In this document: positions 52,012 through 64,000 of the stretch, one piece after another
How positions within the stretch are numbered: the stretch's first letter is position 1
Layout: every line of letters starts with the position of its first letter
Source: Selaginella moellendorffii
Lineage: Eukaryota; Plantae; Lycopodiophyta
Assembly (NCBI RefSeq): GCF_000143415.4
Contig: NW_003314268.1
Coordinates: forward strand, 729,378-793,377
Length of the DNA stretch: 64,000 nt
Reading direction: 5' to 3'
Translations under genes and position numbers: made by a program
Notes under the pieces: model-generated
What the model was told of the DNA's origin: nothing
Database searches by the model: none
Seen by the model: only the letters and a program-made list of their open reading frames with translations

Positions 52012-52111
52012 NNNNNNNNNNNNNNNNNNNNNNNNNNNNNNNNNNNNNNNNNNNNNNNNNNNNNNNNNNNNNNNNNNNNNNNNNNNNNNNNNNNNNNNNN
52101 NNNNNNNNNNN
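52012..52111. other. Assembly gap (100 N)
   Basis: N run; covers the site where B carries the 7.26 kb element. Confidence 1.
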
Positions 52112-53295
52112 AGATGGAAAGGGACTAGATAGGGACTGAAAAAGGGATATTAAGGAAGGGTGTTTTTTATGTCTTTGGGCATCCTAAGGATGCTAAGATG
52201 TGGTCATAAGATGACCACTCATGGACAGATGGCCCAGTCTTTGGGAGACAACATTATGGTATAGGTGGTTTTGGGATACTAGTTAGATAAAGGTGAATGG
52301 ATATAACTTTAGTATAAGAGGATATGTCATTCGTATCTTTGGGTGTTTATCATGGGATTGGACATTTAGAGCATTTGGACCAAGTGCAAAAGCTGAGTGG
52401 CATACAAGTCATTCATGAGGCTAACAAGTCCTTAAGATGGGAATAAAATTTATAAAAATGGTGAGTGAAACTCCTCCAAGTGGTCAAAGGTGTGGTTAAG
52501 TGATTTAGTTGCTTATATAAGGAGGATGTTCTAAATATTACTTTCTATAACCCATTTAATTTATATAAATTTTTGGCGATGCTGTATAGATTGAATAATT
52601 CTTTGGAGACTTTTTGGATGATATTCTTTACAATATGTTAAAAGTGACTATTAATTTCATTGATAATGTCTTGATCCACTTTAAGGGGACATAGGAGGAA
52701 CACACTTATGATGTTTGTAAAACATTGGGATCAGCTATAGGAAGTTAGTTTGACATTGATACGGTTAAAATGAATATATCTTGAGTATTATATTTTTCAT
52801 GCAAATTTACAAATTGATTCTGAAAAACTTGTAAATGTTATGAAGTTCTCTACTCCAAAGTGCGTGAACAATATGCAACACTTTCTTGGCAAGGTGCAAT
52901 ATCTTTTTCATGTTATTGTCTTTTTTATCATTGCAAGTATTAATGAAGTTGTTCATATTATTTTTCATCTAATTTGGGATTGTGAACAGACATTCGCAAA
53001 TCTCAAAGATGTGTTGACAACTTTTCTAGTTTTTGACTATTTTGACTACACTCAACCTTTTGTAGATGCTTTTGACATTATCTCAAAAGTGTGTTGTTGC
53101 TAAAGAGCATGATTGTATTTGGTAAATATAATTCTATTGTGTATATTAGCCATATGTTGCAACTAATGGAGGTGAACTACTCCATGATAACAAAAGTTTC
53201 AAAAAGATTTATGCGTATTTACATAGTTTTTAGACATTGCTAAAAAATGATTATGTTGCAGTCTTTTCATTATTAAAGTGGAAAAATTTTGCTAG

Positions 53296-53992
53296 TGTAG
53301 TGCATGTGATCATGGGATGAGATTTGGATATACTGTCATTGTGGATCTTTGGAACCTTCGGGAATAAATAGGGATAAAATAACCACTAAAGGCTCTCTCA
53401 TCCTTTTTCAGTTGGTTTAAGGGGAGAAAGATAGTGTGGTATTGGAGCAAATGGCACGGGTTCAAATCCTATTGATTAGTAGTTACTTAAAAATATAATA
53501 TACCCTTGAGAAACATATATTCCTACTCCTACTCCTAAATTTGAAATTGTATGTATTGGGCATCCATGCATACATCCTTCCTCTTGGTAGAGCATCCACG
53601 AATGAAAGTATCCACTGTGGGACTGCGGTATAAATGGATGACTAGTTACCTCACATGGAATAGCTAGTTTACACAATGAAAGGATTAGTAAATTCAGTAC
53701 AAAAATGGAAGTGTTGGTTCCCTTGGAATAACTAGTTTATATAATGGAAAGATTAGTAGATTTAGTGCAGAAATGGAGGTGTTGATTCCCTTTGGCTTAG
53801 TAGGGGTTATTAGTCAATATTAAATGAGGACATTAACATCTTTGAAGGGGGGTGAGTGTAACATATGTGATTATGGAATGAGATTTGGATATACTATCAT
53901 TGTGGGAGATAAAATAGCTACTAAAAGCTCTTTTATTAATTAATTGCCCCTTTTCCAATTGTCTTAAGGGGAGAGAGATAGGGTGCACCATA
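53296..53992 (+). mobile_element. TRIM, orthologous copy in unit C
   Basis: TSD gctag/actag; PBS tggtattggagc; PPT gaaggggggtgag. Confidence 0.82.
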
Positions 53993-55107
53993 ACTAGTTT
54001 TACAATTTAGTGGGATATAAAGTTTTTAGCTATATAACTTTGAGGTTGTTTATTGACCTAGGGAGCTCTTTAGGTAATGCTAATACCCTTTCTTGACCTC
54101 TCCTTTTTTTACTCTCTTTATATATTTTTAACAAATTTATTGTTTCAACATTAGTAGATTTTCTAAACAAAGATTTTCTATCATTAGCAATTGTTGTGTT
54201 TGATATTCAATGTTTACAAGATCTAGAGCTTTTGTGAGACTAAAAAAGATAAGCTTTGGATTTGAAGGATTTGTGGGTGGTTTAGGAATTCTATATTAGT
54301 TATGGATGACTTGCTATTTTGATAGTTATATTTTCAATATCACCTTGAGGATGACCATTTTTACTTTATGAAGACTGATTTTGATACATATTTGAGGCTA
54401 GTGGTGCCTTATTCTATATTTTCTCCACACCCATAATAACTCTTCTATTCAAGTTAGGCATACGAAATATCATCATATGACTGAGAAGTTATATAAATTT
54501 TTCTATTGGTCAAAGATATGACATGATGTTATTTGGTATGAAACATTTCTTGAAAGTGGCAGAATTGCACTCAATCAGTAAAAGAGCATTCTTTTTCACC
54601 AAATTTGTTACACCCTCTGTCATTACATTTATCTCCAACTCATGATCATTATCCTTACTATCCTCTCTTTCATTCTCTTGTGTGGTTTAGTTATGTTGTG
54701 CAATGGGATAGTTATTGCATCTCCTAGCCCTTAAACCCTGGGAAGAAAGATTGTGAGAATTAAAATTACCAACACTAAAACCATAGATATTTGTGTGTAT
54801 TTCCCTTTTTTCAAATGAGAGTGTGAATGAAGATTTCTAAATTCTAAACAGTATGCTATGACAAACCCCTCAAAAATGCATTCTAGAAAGAACCAAGTCC
54901 TTCTTTTATATGCAATAAGCTTACATCAACGGTTATTTTTTTCCTTTTCAAACGGTTATATAGCTTTACATAGAATCTTATTTCAAATTTAATAATTTTT
55001 TAAGTCTAACAAACCTGACATTTACTAGCTAGAAAGCACAGAGTACAAATTTAAAGAAGTTACAAGAATACTCTTTTTGAAAAAAATTTATTTTATGTTC
55101 TAACAAA

Positions 55108-55330
55108 CGTCCCTATCATTGCATGTAGTAAATATTTAGAATATTAGAACAACAAGTGTCCTTTAGAACATTTTTATCTATATAATATATAAATAATTAT
55201 GAAATTATTAGGTTTTCCATAACCTTAAAATTTTAAAGTTTATAATGTTTGTACTAAATTACAATTGAAAATTGAGCTCAACTCGTGAGCTCAACTCTTC
55301 AACTCGTGAGCTCAAGTATGGTCTACACCC
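55108..55330. mobile_element. Probable DNA-transposon terminus, repeated at 62240-62463
   Basis: ~220 bp shared AT-rich segment ending in tandem aactcgtgagctc motifs and ggtc(t/c)a(ca)ccc; homology stops sharply there. Confidence 0.5.
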
Positions 55331-56554
55331 ATTATTACAATACAAAAAGGTAACCAAATCCATACCCAAGGAACGAATGCGAAGTCTTTACACCCAAATG
55401 TGTACCCACTCGGATCATCATTTTCATCTTTGCATATGCAACAAGACTAGTTGCCCAATCTCATTAGATAGTACTCGTCAAGACTCATCCTTTAATACCA
55501 AATGTAGCACATGTGGTTTTTAGCCTTTATTCTATAGTGATTTACCATAGGATAACCACAAAGCAAAACTTAAACCCTCCATGTGCCACATTTCATATGC
55601 CACATGTCTAAAGGACAGTGGCGTGAAACCCGAGTTTCAGGGCCTTGGGCCATTGAATGAAGGAATGGTGCCAAACTCCCAAGCATGGAGCCAAGGAGCA
55701 GAACAACTTGGAATAGTGCTAGAACATCCAACATCCCAATGCTAGGACTAATACACAAAACGAAATCAAATGAAGTTTAGTGCTATTTTAGCATACCGGT
55801 GGCCTAACGTGAGGATATGGGTACTCCATCAGCTAGCATAGAATGGAACTTGGGCTTAGACCCAAGCTAGATACAAAACAAAGATAGGCACGCAAACAAG
55901 AGTTAGACTATGCCTCAGGTTAGTCAGCCATGCCTGACCTACCCACTATCCCTACTATACATTTGGAACCCCCTATATCCTCCCTCCCCCCCCTTTGAGG
56001 AACACACGCTTTGGGCTCTCACCCCAAACCTCCTTTAGTATCAGGACTTACTCTCTAGGACAAGCTTGAAACTTACAAAATGTCTTTAGATTGCAAATTT
56101 GGACACAGGATGAACACCATTGTGTTCAGGACAATCTCTACATTCCGTAAATATGCCAAATGAGTGAATCTAGACACTTTCCATAAATAGTATTTGGACC
56201 AAAATAACACTAACAAAAAGGGCATGATAGCGAGGGTGTTTGGTAAGCTATCATCCAGCGATATTGAGGGAGCAATCTCAATACACGAGGGTTCTTGTCA
56301 AGCTAGTGCAAGACAAAGCAAAAGAGAACTAAGAGTCAATCTGAGTATGCTCAGCTAAAAACACATAGGAGTTCCTACCTTATGTCCATCTGGCTAAGTA
56401 CAAGTGTTAAGCTCAGTAAACTAACACTTAAACAAGAAGGGCTGATAAAAGGAACTAGCAATATCGACCTCCTACTATTGTGGTAATAAGGAAAGAATAT
56501 CCAAAAGAACTAGCCGATAGGTAACTTTCAATACCCGAAGTCACATTCGTGATA
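55331..56554 (-). mobile_element. 5' LTR (55503-56554), PBS and ~170 bp leader of another family member, nested in the neighbour's 3' LTR and truncated
   Basis: ttaatacca|aa|tgtagcac junction; leader matches 29220-29380. Confidence 0.82.
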
Positions 56555-58879
56555 TTAGGTAATAGCATGTAGGAATTCCATCCTTATACTCGTCTGGTCT
56601 AAGTACACTCGAAATGCCCAATTAACTCCACTAGTACAAAAATGACTGATAAATGGTCCAATAATACTGATCTCTTGCCGTCGTAGTAGTAAAAAAAGAA
56701 TATCTGAAAGGACTAGCAGATGGTAACTTTTAATGCTCGAAGGCACATTCGCGACACTCTCCCCCCTTAGGGAAGATCGATGTTTTTCTTCTTGTGGATA
56801 TTGGAAGGATCAAGTATCCAAGCTATAGGTGCGCTAGAACAATGCCAGTCTTTGCTTCTTGAGGAACTCCTGCTCACCGTTTAGAAAGAACAACGTCCTT
56901 ATTGATGCATACTCGATTCTAGACCACTAGCAAAATAATAACTTTAGGAAAAAGTTTATGGTGATAGTGAGAAATGCACCAATTTAGATGAGTTAGGGTA
57001 ACGTCTTTGTCTAATGTGTATGCACTACCAACTCAGACACCTTCCGGCTATTGCCGACAAGAAAATGACCAATGGAGTCAGCCACTCTTGCTGCTCTAGA
57101 TATCACCCAACTTACAAAAGTGTGATACACCCCTACCTACAGGGACATAGAGAGAGAAGCCAAAGGCCCCAATTCTCTTGAGCAAAGAAACTAAACCTGT
57201 TAGTAAGGTTTAGATAGACTACTATAAATAGGCAATTAGAATTGTTTACATAGTCACGCCTTTTGAATAGAATAAGGAACATCAATAAAGAGGCAGGTGA
57301 TGTGACCAGTGGACAGTAACTACCCCATGACTAAAGATTTCACCATGCACACGAAGTGCCGATCCTCCACAACACCATTTAGTAAGCTGATCACTAATAA
57401 ATCTTCATCTAGGGAAGCAAGTGTTAACAGTCCTTGACAAAGTCTACAAGTAATCATTAGTTGCAAAGCAACTAACAATCACTTTTCAACTTGCCTTCGC
57501 AAGACCCAAACACTAAACTCATGTCATTGAGTTATATACTTGCCAAACATGAACATAATACTTAGGTACGAGATAAGGTTCATGGACAAGCATAAACTAA
57601 ATCATACAATAATAAGCTCACTAACATATTTAGTCACTAACTTTGAGCATGCCTTGAATAGGCTAGCTATACATGATCAACACTTAGTCGAAACTAAAGT
57701 GAAGACCATGAGATGGACTCATATCAGTACACAACCTCCTTATAAATATAAGTATTAACATTTTAACTTCAAACAACTAAGTTAGACATCACTATTCTTA
57801 GCTAAGGCACAAGGCTACCAAGATTAAATTAGGATCAATGAGAACTCACTACTCTCATAGAGTTTAATGAAATGCAAGATGCAACTTGCCACCAAACATA
57901 ACCCTATAAAAAAAGGCATAAGGGTCACTTTTCTAGAAAAGCATAATGACCACTTTTCTACACGAACTCCAAACTCTATCCAACTCAATTGCCTTAACCC
58001 CAAAAGCTAGCATATCTTTTCAGGCTGCATCATATAAATTACTTTCTAAGGTTTAAGCCAATCAAAATCAATTCCAACCCCTTCACTAGTTTGTATTGGC
58101 TTACAAAAATGGAATAATTTTTAAGCAAAGTGATCAACAAATCAGCCAATTGGAAAAGTTTAAAAATATTTGTAGAAAATTTCCATCCTAGAGAAAGAAT
58201 GATTCTCAGTTTAGGAATACAAACTTTCAAGACTCAATCAACTTCATCTTATTAACAACTTCATATAGGTTCACCTCAACACAAATTCTTATCATCTAAC
58301 AATATGTTTAAGCATCGAACATCTTTGCCCATTTTTCTAACATTTAACATTGATATCAGCAAAATGCAAAATGAATATCAAAGATTCAATCATGAAAACC
58401 ATATTTTCAAATATCCACATTGCACTAACACTTTTCTTCAATCATCTTCAAGATCCAATATGAAGCCAAAACACTAACAAAAAAAATGACATAGAAAATC
58501 GAACTTTAAAGAAAATTCCTCATCACTCAACTACAATTCCACTAACCTAACTATTAGTGATGTCAATGCCTCAATTACACACCTTCTCCATCCAATAATT
58601 TACTCCAAGTGCTAATGGATAAAACAACAAGCCATAGCAAATAAATGCTATAATCCTTTCCAACACCTCATAGGCAAACTTTCTAGGAAACAAAGTACCA
58701 ACTTAAGCATAGCATAATGGACTATTATTGAGAATCTAGTCAAAGTTACTACAATACTACTACTTGTAAGTAGATTAGCTTCACCATCAACCACATTGCT
58801 CACTATCACATAGATATGATATAAAAATCATAATGACTTGATCATCAATTAAGCAACACCATAAGTAACACCTATATCA

Positions 58880-59167
58880 ATGCTTTATTTCGTTAAAGTG
58901 GGACTTATTCAGTAAAGTGGGACATTAATTAGCATGTGTCCACATGCCATTTCCTAGTACTTAATTAATATTTATTAATATTTCTATCAGTTTTTTAATT
59001 TATTTTTTTATATTTCACAATATTATAACACAAAATCATATGAAAAGTTTTTAATTTATAAATTATAAAGTTAAAACTTCAATTTTTTATTGTTGTTATA
59101 AAAATGGCATGTGGCCACACACCATAAGTGGGATAATGAAAAGTCCCACTTTAACGAAATAAAGCAT
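58880..59167. mobile_element. MITE, second copy (opposite orientation)
   Basis: Perfect 27-bp TIR; flanked by atca/atca; about 4 differences from 8926-9213. Confidence 0.93.
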
Positions 59168-59985
59168 ATCATTACTTCAAAGGTTTATATGACTATCAAG
59201 CGCCAACTCAATTTGATAAAATGCAACATAAATGCCACACTCCACCAATAAAGATTTACAACACTCAATACCACTAACTTTTGTTAACAACATGGACAAA
59301 CTCATGCCACTCTCTTTCCGACCAAACTCAAAATTAATCCTACACCAAGCTACTCAAGGAGCAATAGTAAGGTTTCCCAAAAAAGAATTAAGCATTGTAA
59401 CTCAAGTCTTCAATAGCAAACCTAGATAAAATGGTTTAGCACTTCACCACTATCCATCCCATAACTCACCAACATGTATCAAGATATGGACTCTTGATTG
59501 TATAATGTGAATATGAGCAATGAGTTAACATTTTATTGCAAATCATCTCTCCAAGAAGAGAAGATGATTTACATGTTTGATCCTTCATCACTAATAACTT
59601 CCTTTTTAGTCTCATCTTTGACTAAACCTTAGGCTTGCTTTCACACTGCCTTCAGTCCAATACAAGAAAAGTTTATGAGAGAGCACGGCAATGATTACTT
59701 GAACTAATAAACTAATCCCTACAATCTTGATTGATCCATATATAATCATGCTTAGGAAGGATCCACTAGTGCCGTGCTAAACAGTTATGAACTTGCCTCT
59801 TTGCCACTCATAGCAAACCCAGGGGAGGTTTACTTTTACCTATGATACATGGAACAACTCATGGAACCACTGATAGGCTAACATTAATCCTGCTAAGTCA
59901 AAATGTAACCTTAAATTGCTAATATGCTTAATTCATGAGCTTAAGTGCAAACTCATACAAACGGAACATCTTATTCCATCTTATG

Positions 59986-60660
59986 TGTAGCACACTCTAT
60001 TTTTCTTCCTTTAACCCAATTGAAAAAGGGGCAATTGCTTGATGAAAGAGCCCTTAGTGGCTATTTTATCCCCATTTATCCCCCAATGTTTCAAAGATTT
60101 ACAGTGATAGTATATCCAAATCTCATCCCATGATCACATGCCCTACACTCAACCCCCCTTCAACGATGTCAATGTCCTCATTGACTATTGATTAACAACC
60201 CCTATTGAGCCAAGGAGAATCAACACTTCCATTTTCATACTGAATTTACCAATTTTTTTATTGTGTAAATTAATTATTCCATGTGAGGCAATTAGTCATC
60301 CACCTATACTACAGTCCCACGGTAGATACTTTCGTCTGTGGATACTCCACACAAAAGGAAAAACGTATGCATGGATACCTAATACATACAATTTCAAATT
60401 TAGGGGTAGGAATATACCTTGGCTTAAGGGTATATTATATTTTTAAGTAGTCACTAATCAATAGGAATTGAACTCGTGCCATTTCCTCCGATACCACGTG
60501 TAGCACACTATATCTCTCTCTCCTTAAGCCAACTAAAAAAGGGGCAATTGCTTGATAAGAGACCCCTTAGTGGCTATTTTATTCCCATTTATCCCCAAAG
60601 ATTTCAAGGATCCACAATGATAGTATATCTAAATCTCATCCCATGATCACATGAGCTACA
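59986..60660 (-). mobile_element. TRIM, independent complete insertion (675 bp)
   Basis: 162-bp LTRs at 59986-60147 and 60499-60660; PBS 60486-60496; PPT from 60148. TSD ttatg/ctata derives from ctatg, which is single in the empty site near 29404-29408. Confidence 0.9.
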
Positions 60661-61771
60661 CTATAAGCCTACGAGCAAGCTCACATAATATGGAACAAAA
60701 AGGTAACTAAATTCATACTCAAGGAATCTATGTGAAGTCTTAGAACCCAAATATGTACCCACTTGAATCATCATTTTCATCTCTGCATATGCAATGAGAT
60801 TAGTTGCCCAATCTCATTGGATAGTATTCGATGAGACGTATCCTCTGATACCAAATGTAGCGCATGTGGTTTTTGCCTTCCTATAGTGGTTTACCATAGG
60901 ATAACCATGAAATGAAACTTAAACTCTCCATATACTATATATCACATGCCACATGCCACATATCCAAAGGACAGTGGTGTAGAACTTGAGTTTCAAAGCT
61001 TTGGGTCATTGAATGAAGGAACGGAGCCAAACTTCCAAGCATGAAGCCAAGAAGCAAAGGAATCAGAGTATGGAGTGACTCTTGAGTGTATAACTTAAAG
61101 AGCGAAGGAATAGGAGCACAGAGTGACTTGGAATAGTTCTAGAGTATCCAACATCCCAATGTTAAAACCAACACGTAGAACAGAGCCAAACGAAGTCTGA
61201 CACTATTTCAACATACTGGTGACCTAATGCAAGGATATAGGTACTTCACCAACTAGCATAGTATGGAATCTGGGCTTAGACCCAAGCTAAACATAGAACA
61301 AGGATAGGCATGTAAGTGGAAGTTAGACTATATCTTACATTGGTTGGTCATGCTCGACCTATCTACCCACTATCCCTACTATATATTTGGAACTCCCCAT
61401 AACCCCCCCTTCTGAGAAACACGTGCTTTAAGCTTTCACCCTTAGCCACCCTTAGTATCATGAATTAATCTTTAGGACAAGCTTAAAACTTATTAAATAT
61501 AGAATGTTTTTAGATTGCAAATTTGGACACGAGACGAACACCATTGTGTTCAGGACAATCTACATATTTCGTAGATATGCCAAATGAGCAAATCTAGACA
61601 CTTTCTATAAATAGCATTTAAGACCGAAATGAGACTAACAAAAAGGGCATGATAACAAAGGTGTTTGGTAGACACAATAAGCTATCATATAGCGATATTG
61701 TGGGACTCATTTGAATATATGAGGGTTCTTGTCACTAACCAATGCAACACATAACGAGACAGAAACTCCTT

Positions 61772-62239
61772 NNNNNNNNNNNNNNNNNNNNNNNNNNNNN
61801 NNNNNNNNNNNNNNNNNNNNNNNNNNNNNNNNNNNNNNNNNNNNNNNNNNNNNNNNNNNNNNNNNNNNNNNNNNNNNNNNNNNNNNNNNNNNNNNNNNNN
61901 NNNNNNNNNNNNNNNNNNNNNNNNNNNNNNNNNNNNNNNNNNNNNNNNNNNNNNNNNNNNNNNNNNNNNNNNNNNNNNNNNNNNNNNNNNNNNNNNNNNN
62001 NNNNNNNNNNNNNNNNNNNNNNNNNNNNNNNNNNNNNNNNNNNNNNNNNNNNNNNNNNNNNNNNNNNNNNNNNNNNNNNNNNNNNNNNNNNNNNNNNNNN
62101 NNNNNNNNNNNNNNNNNNNNNNNNNNNNNNNNNNNNNNNNNNNNNNNNNNNNNNNNNNNNNNNNNNNNNNNNNNNNNNNNNNNNNNNNNNNNNNNNNNNN
62201 NNNNNNNNNNNNNNNNNNNNNNNNNNNNNNNNNNNNNNN
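61772..62239. other. Assembly gap (468 N)
   Basis: N run. Confidence 1.
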
Positions 62240-62479
62240 CAACATCCCTATTATGGCATGTAGTAAATATTTAAATTGTTAAAACAAGAAGTATCCTTTA
62301 GAACATTTTTATCTATATAATATGTAAAGAGTTATAAAATTATTAAGTTTGCCATAACCTTAATATTTTAAAAAATTTAATGTTTGTAATAAACTACAAT
62401 TGAAAATTGAGCTCAACTCATGAGCTCAACTCTTCAACTTATAAACTCAAGTATGGTCCACCCTCAGGATATGCAACTT

Positions 62480-64000
62480 ATATTTAGACACGTTAAGGTA
62501 GAGTGGTCAAATATAGAAAAGCTACCTAGCATTTGCATCATGACCAAAGCCTAATGAAGAAGGGCTGAATCTGAAAGCCAAGATAAAGTAGAAATCATCT
62601 TTAACTCTCAATAACGCCAAAAGAAAAAGATTAATGCAGAAATCACTTAACAACTCCAACAATTGCAACTACAAGTCAATTAAGAGAATGGTGTTTTAAC
62701 ATAAAGAGTTTCACACTTTTATATACTGACATGAATTTACCACTAGCAAAAAAGGAAAATCCTATACTAAAGCTAGATGTTAAAAATGAGAAGAATGTAG
62801 TGAGAGGCATTTTAAATGTCAAAATTACACTCACTTTAGGCCAACTTTTCACTATAACACCTTGCCTTAGAATTACATTACTTAAAGAGATTTTACTTGA
62901 GAAGGAAGAAATTTTAATCCCATCTATCGCCATTGTAATTGAGCCACGGGATTGTACTGATGAAGTTCCTACAATTGATATAAAGATTGATAAAAATCTA
63001 TTAGCTAGAACTCTTATTAATAGTAGTTTAAATGTAAATATTCTAGAAGAGAGTATTTGCAAAGAATTAGGCCTAGGCCCAATTCAATCAGCCCCATTTA
63101 ATGTACGAATGGCTAATGACTAAAGTGTCAGACCCATTAGAATTATTAGAAATGTCTTAACCAATGTGGCGAGCTTAAAGTACAAACTCAATTATATCAT
63201 ACTTACAATGATACAACAAGATTCTATTTACAAAACTCTACTATGTAGACCTTAGCTAAAAATTACTTGTATAAACTAAGATTAAAAAAATGGTTTATTA
63301 TGTATAGAGAAGGGCAACTAAAAAAAATTTATGCCCATTACTTTTATTATACAATTGGAAAGGAAAGATCAACCCCTCAAAACTCAATCTTATAATTGGG
63401 AGGAAAACTTAGATGATTTCTAACAACAACAAATCTTAGAGGCTTTCTTTAAAATTGAGCTAATTTCAAAAATTGATCTTTATACAATACTCAAAGAAGT
63501 ATCTAGACAAGAAGCCCCTAGACCAAAGGTTGGTATGGTTATAAAAGATTTCTTCCTAAAGGAGGATTTTGCCTATAAAATTGATCAATAAAGAAACTAT
63601 ATTTTACATGTTTCTTATGATCAACTATTTAAGCAAATCAATTTAATATATAAAAATAATTTATATATTGTCACAATTGTTCAAGGAATTAAATCTATTA
63701 AAAGACTACAAGGACATTTTTGCCTAGTCTTACATAGATTTAAAAGGCATCCTACTAAAACTCTATACACATCATATTGAGATATTTTTATAAAATATGT
63801 TTAAAAGGCAAATGCCCTACAACATGAATTTTAATTACCAAAGTAAAGTTAGTGAGGAAATCAATAAACTTCTCCCAGATAGATTTATCTATTTCATTCA
63901 GAATGCTCCATAGCTTTCACCCATTTATAATGTGCGTAAGAAAAATGGTACAGTATGAGTTTGTATGAAATATAAAAAGCTAACTGATGCAAAAAAAATG
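62480..64000 (+). pseudogene. pol: Degenerate Ty3/gypsy gag-protease-RT start
   Basis: ITLTLGQLF, TLINSSLNVNILEESICKELGL (decayed LIDGGS-VNI protease motif), APFNVRMA, and EEINKLL...VRKKNGTV...YKKL near the window end. Confidence 0.85.

Larger units (their letters stand above)
38922..54540 (-). repeat. Segmental duplication unit, copy C (inverted; equivalent to A 3291->1, then 18998->7724)
   Basis: Reverse-complement match begins at gttggctgcaagg (A 3291) and ends at atttggtatg (A ~7724). The ORF track is mirrored. Confidence 0.93.
56555..61771 (-). mobile_element. Second, older copy of the non-autonomous LTR element, carrying a TRIM and a MITE
   Basis: 5' LTR from 60856 into the gap; PBS 60843-60853; PPT 56757-56768; 3' LTR remnant 56555-56756; internal region colinear with 29216-34190 except a deletion of ~31860-33690. 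Confidence 0.88.

Noticed and set aside
59986-60660. Cassandra (5S-bearing) TRIM or a real tRNA gene
   Set aside because: No 5S rRNA sequence recognisable in the LTRs and no full cloverleaf; only box-like motifs.
61685-62274. Long ORFs of 173-186 aa
   Set aside because: Artefacts of the N gap.

Overview
Eukaryotic, almost certainly plant, nuclear DNA. Support: plant-type LRR fragment, tRNA-iMet-primed LTR elements, CG/CHG deamination decay, and very short 50-70 nt GT-AG introns. This points to a compact-genome early-diverging land plant such as Selaginella (inference only). The window is a ~19 kb unit present three times: copy A (1-18998), direct copy B (18999-38921, expanded by a 7.26 kb LTR insertion) and an inverted, circularly permuted copy C (38922-54540). 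Nested retroelements follow to the end. Each unit has a CpG-rich island of orphan or decayed gene pieces: an E/K/Q-repeat ORF frameshift-linked to a second ORF and a modular coiled-coil pseudogene, an LRR fragment, an acidic exon, and a short-intron relic. These sit among decayed Ty3/gypsy sequence, solo LTRs, a TRIM and a young MITE. No intact conserved gene, rRNA, tRNA or CRISPR is recognisable, and I cannot support a clearly new biological system. The best leads are the MITE with a 4-bp TSD, the TRIM with tRNA-like boxes, the non-autonomous LTR family, the recently homogenised gene island, and repeated templated repair scars. Identity figures are by-eye estimates.
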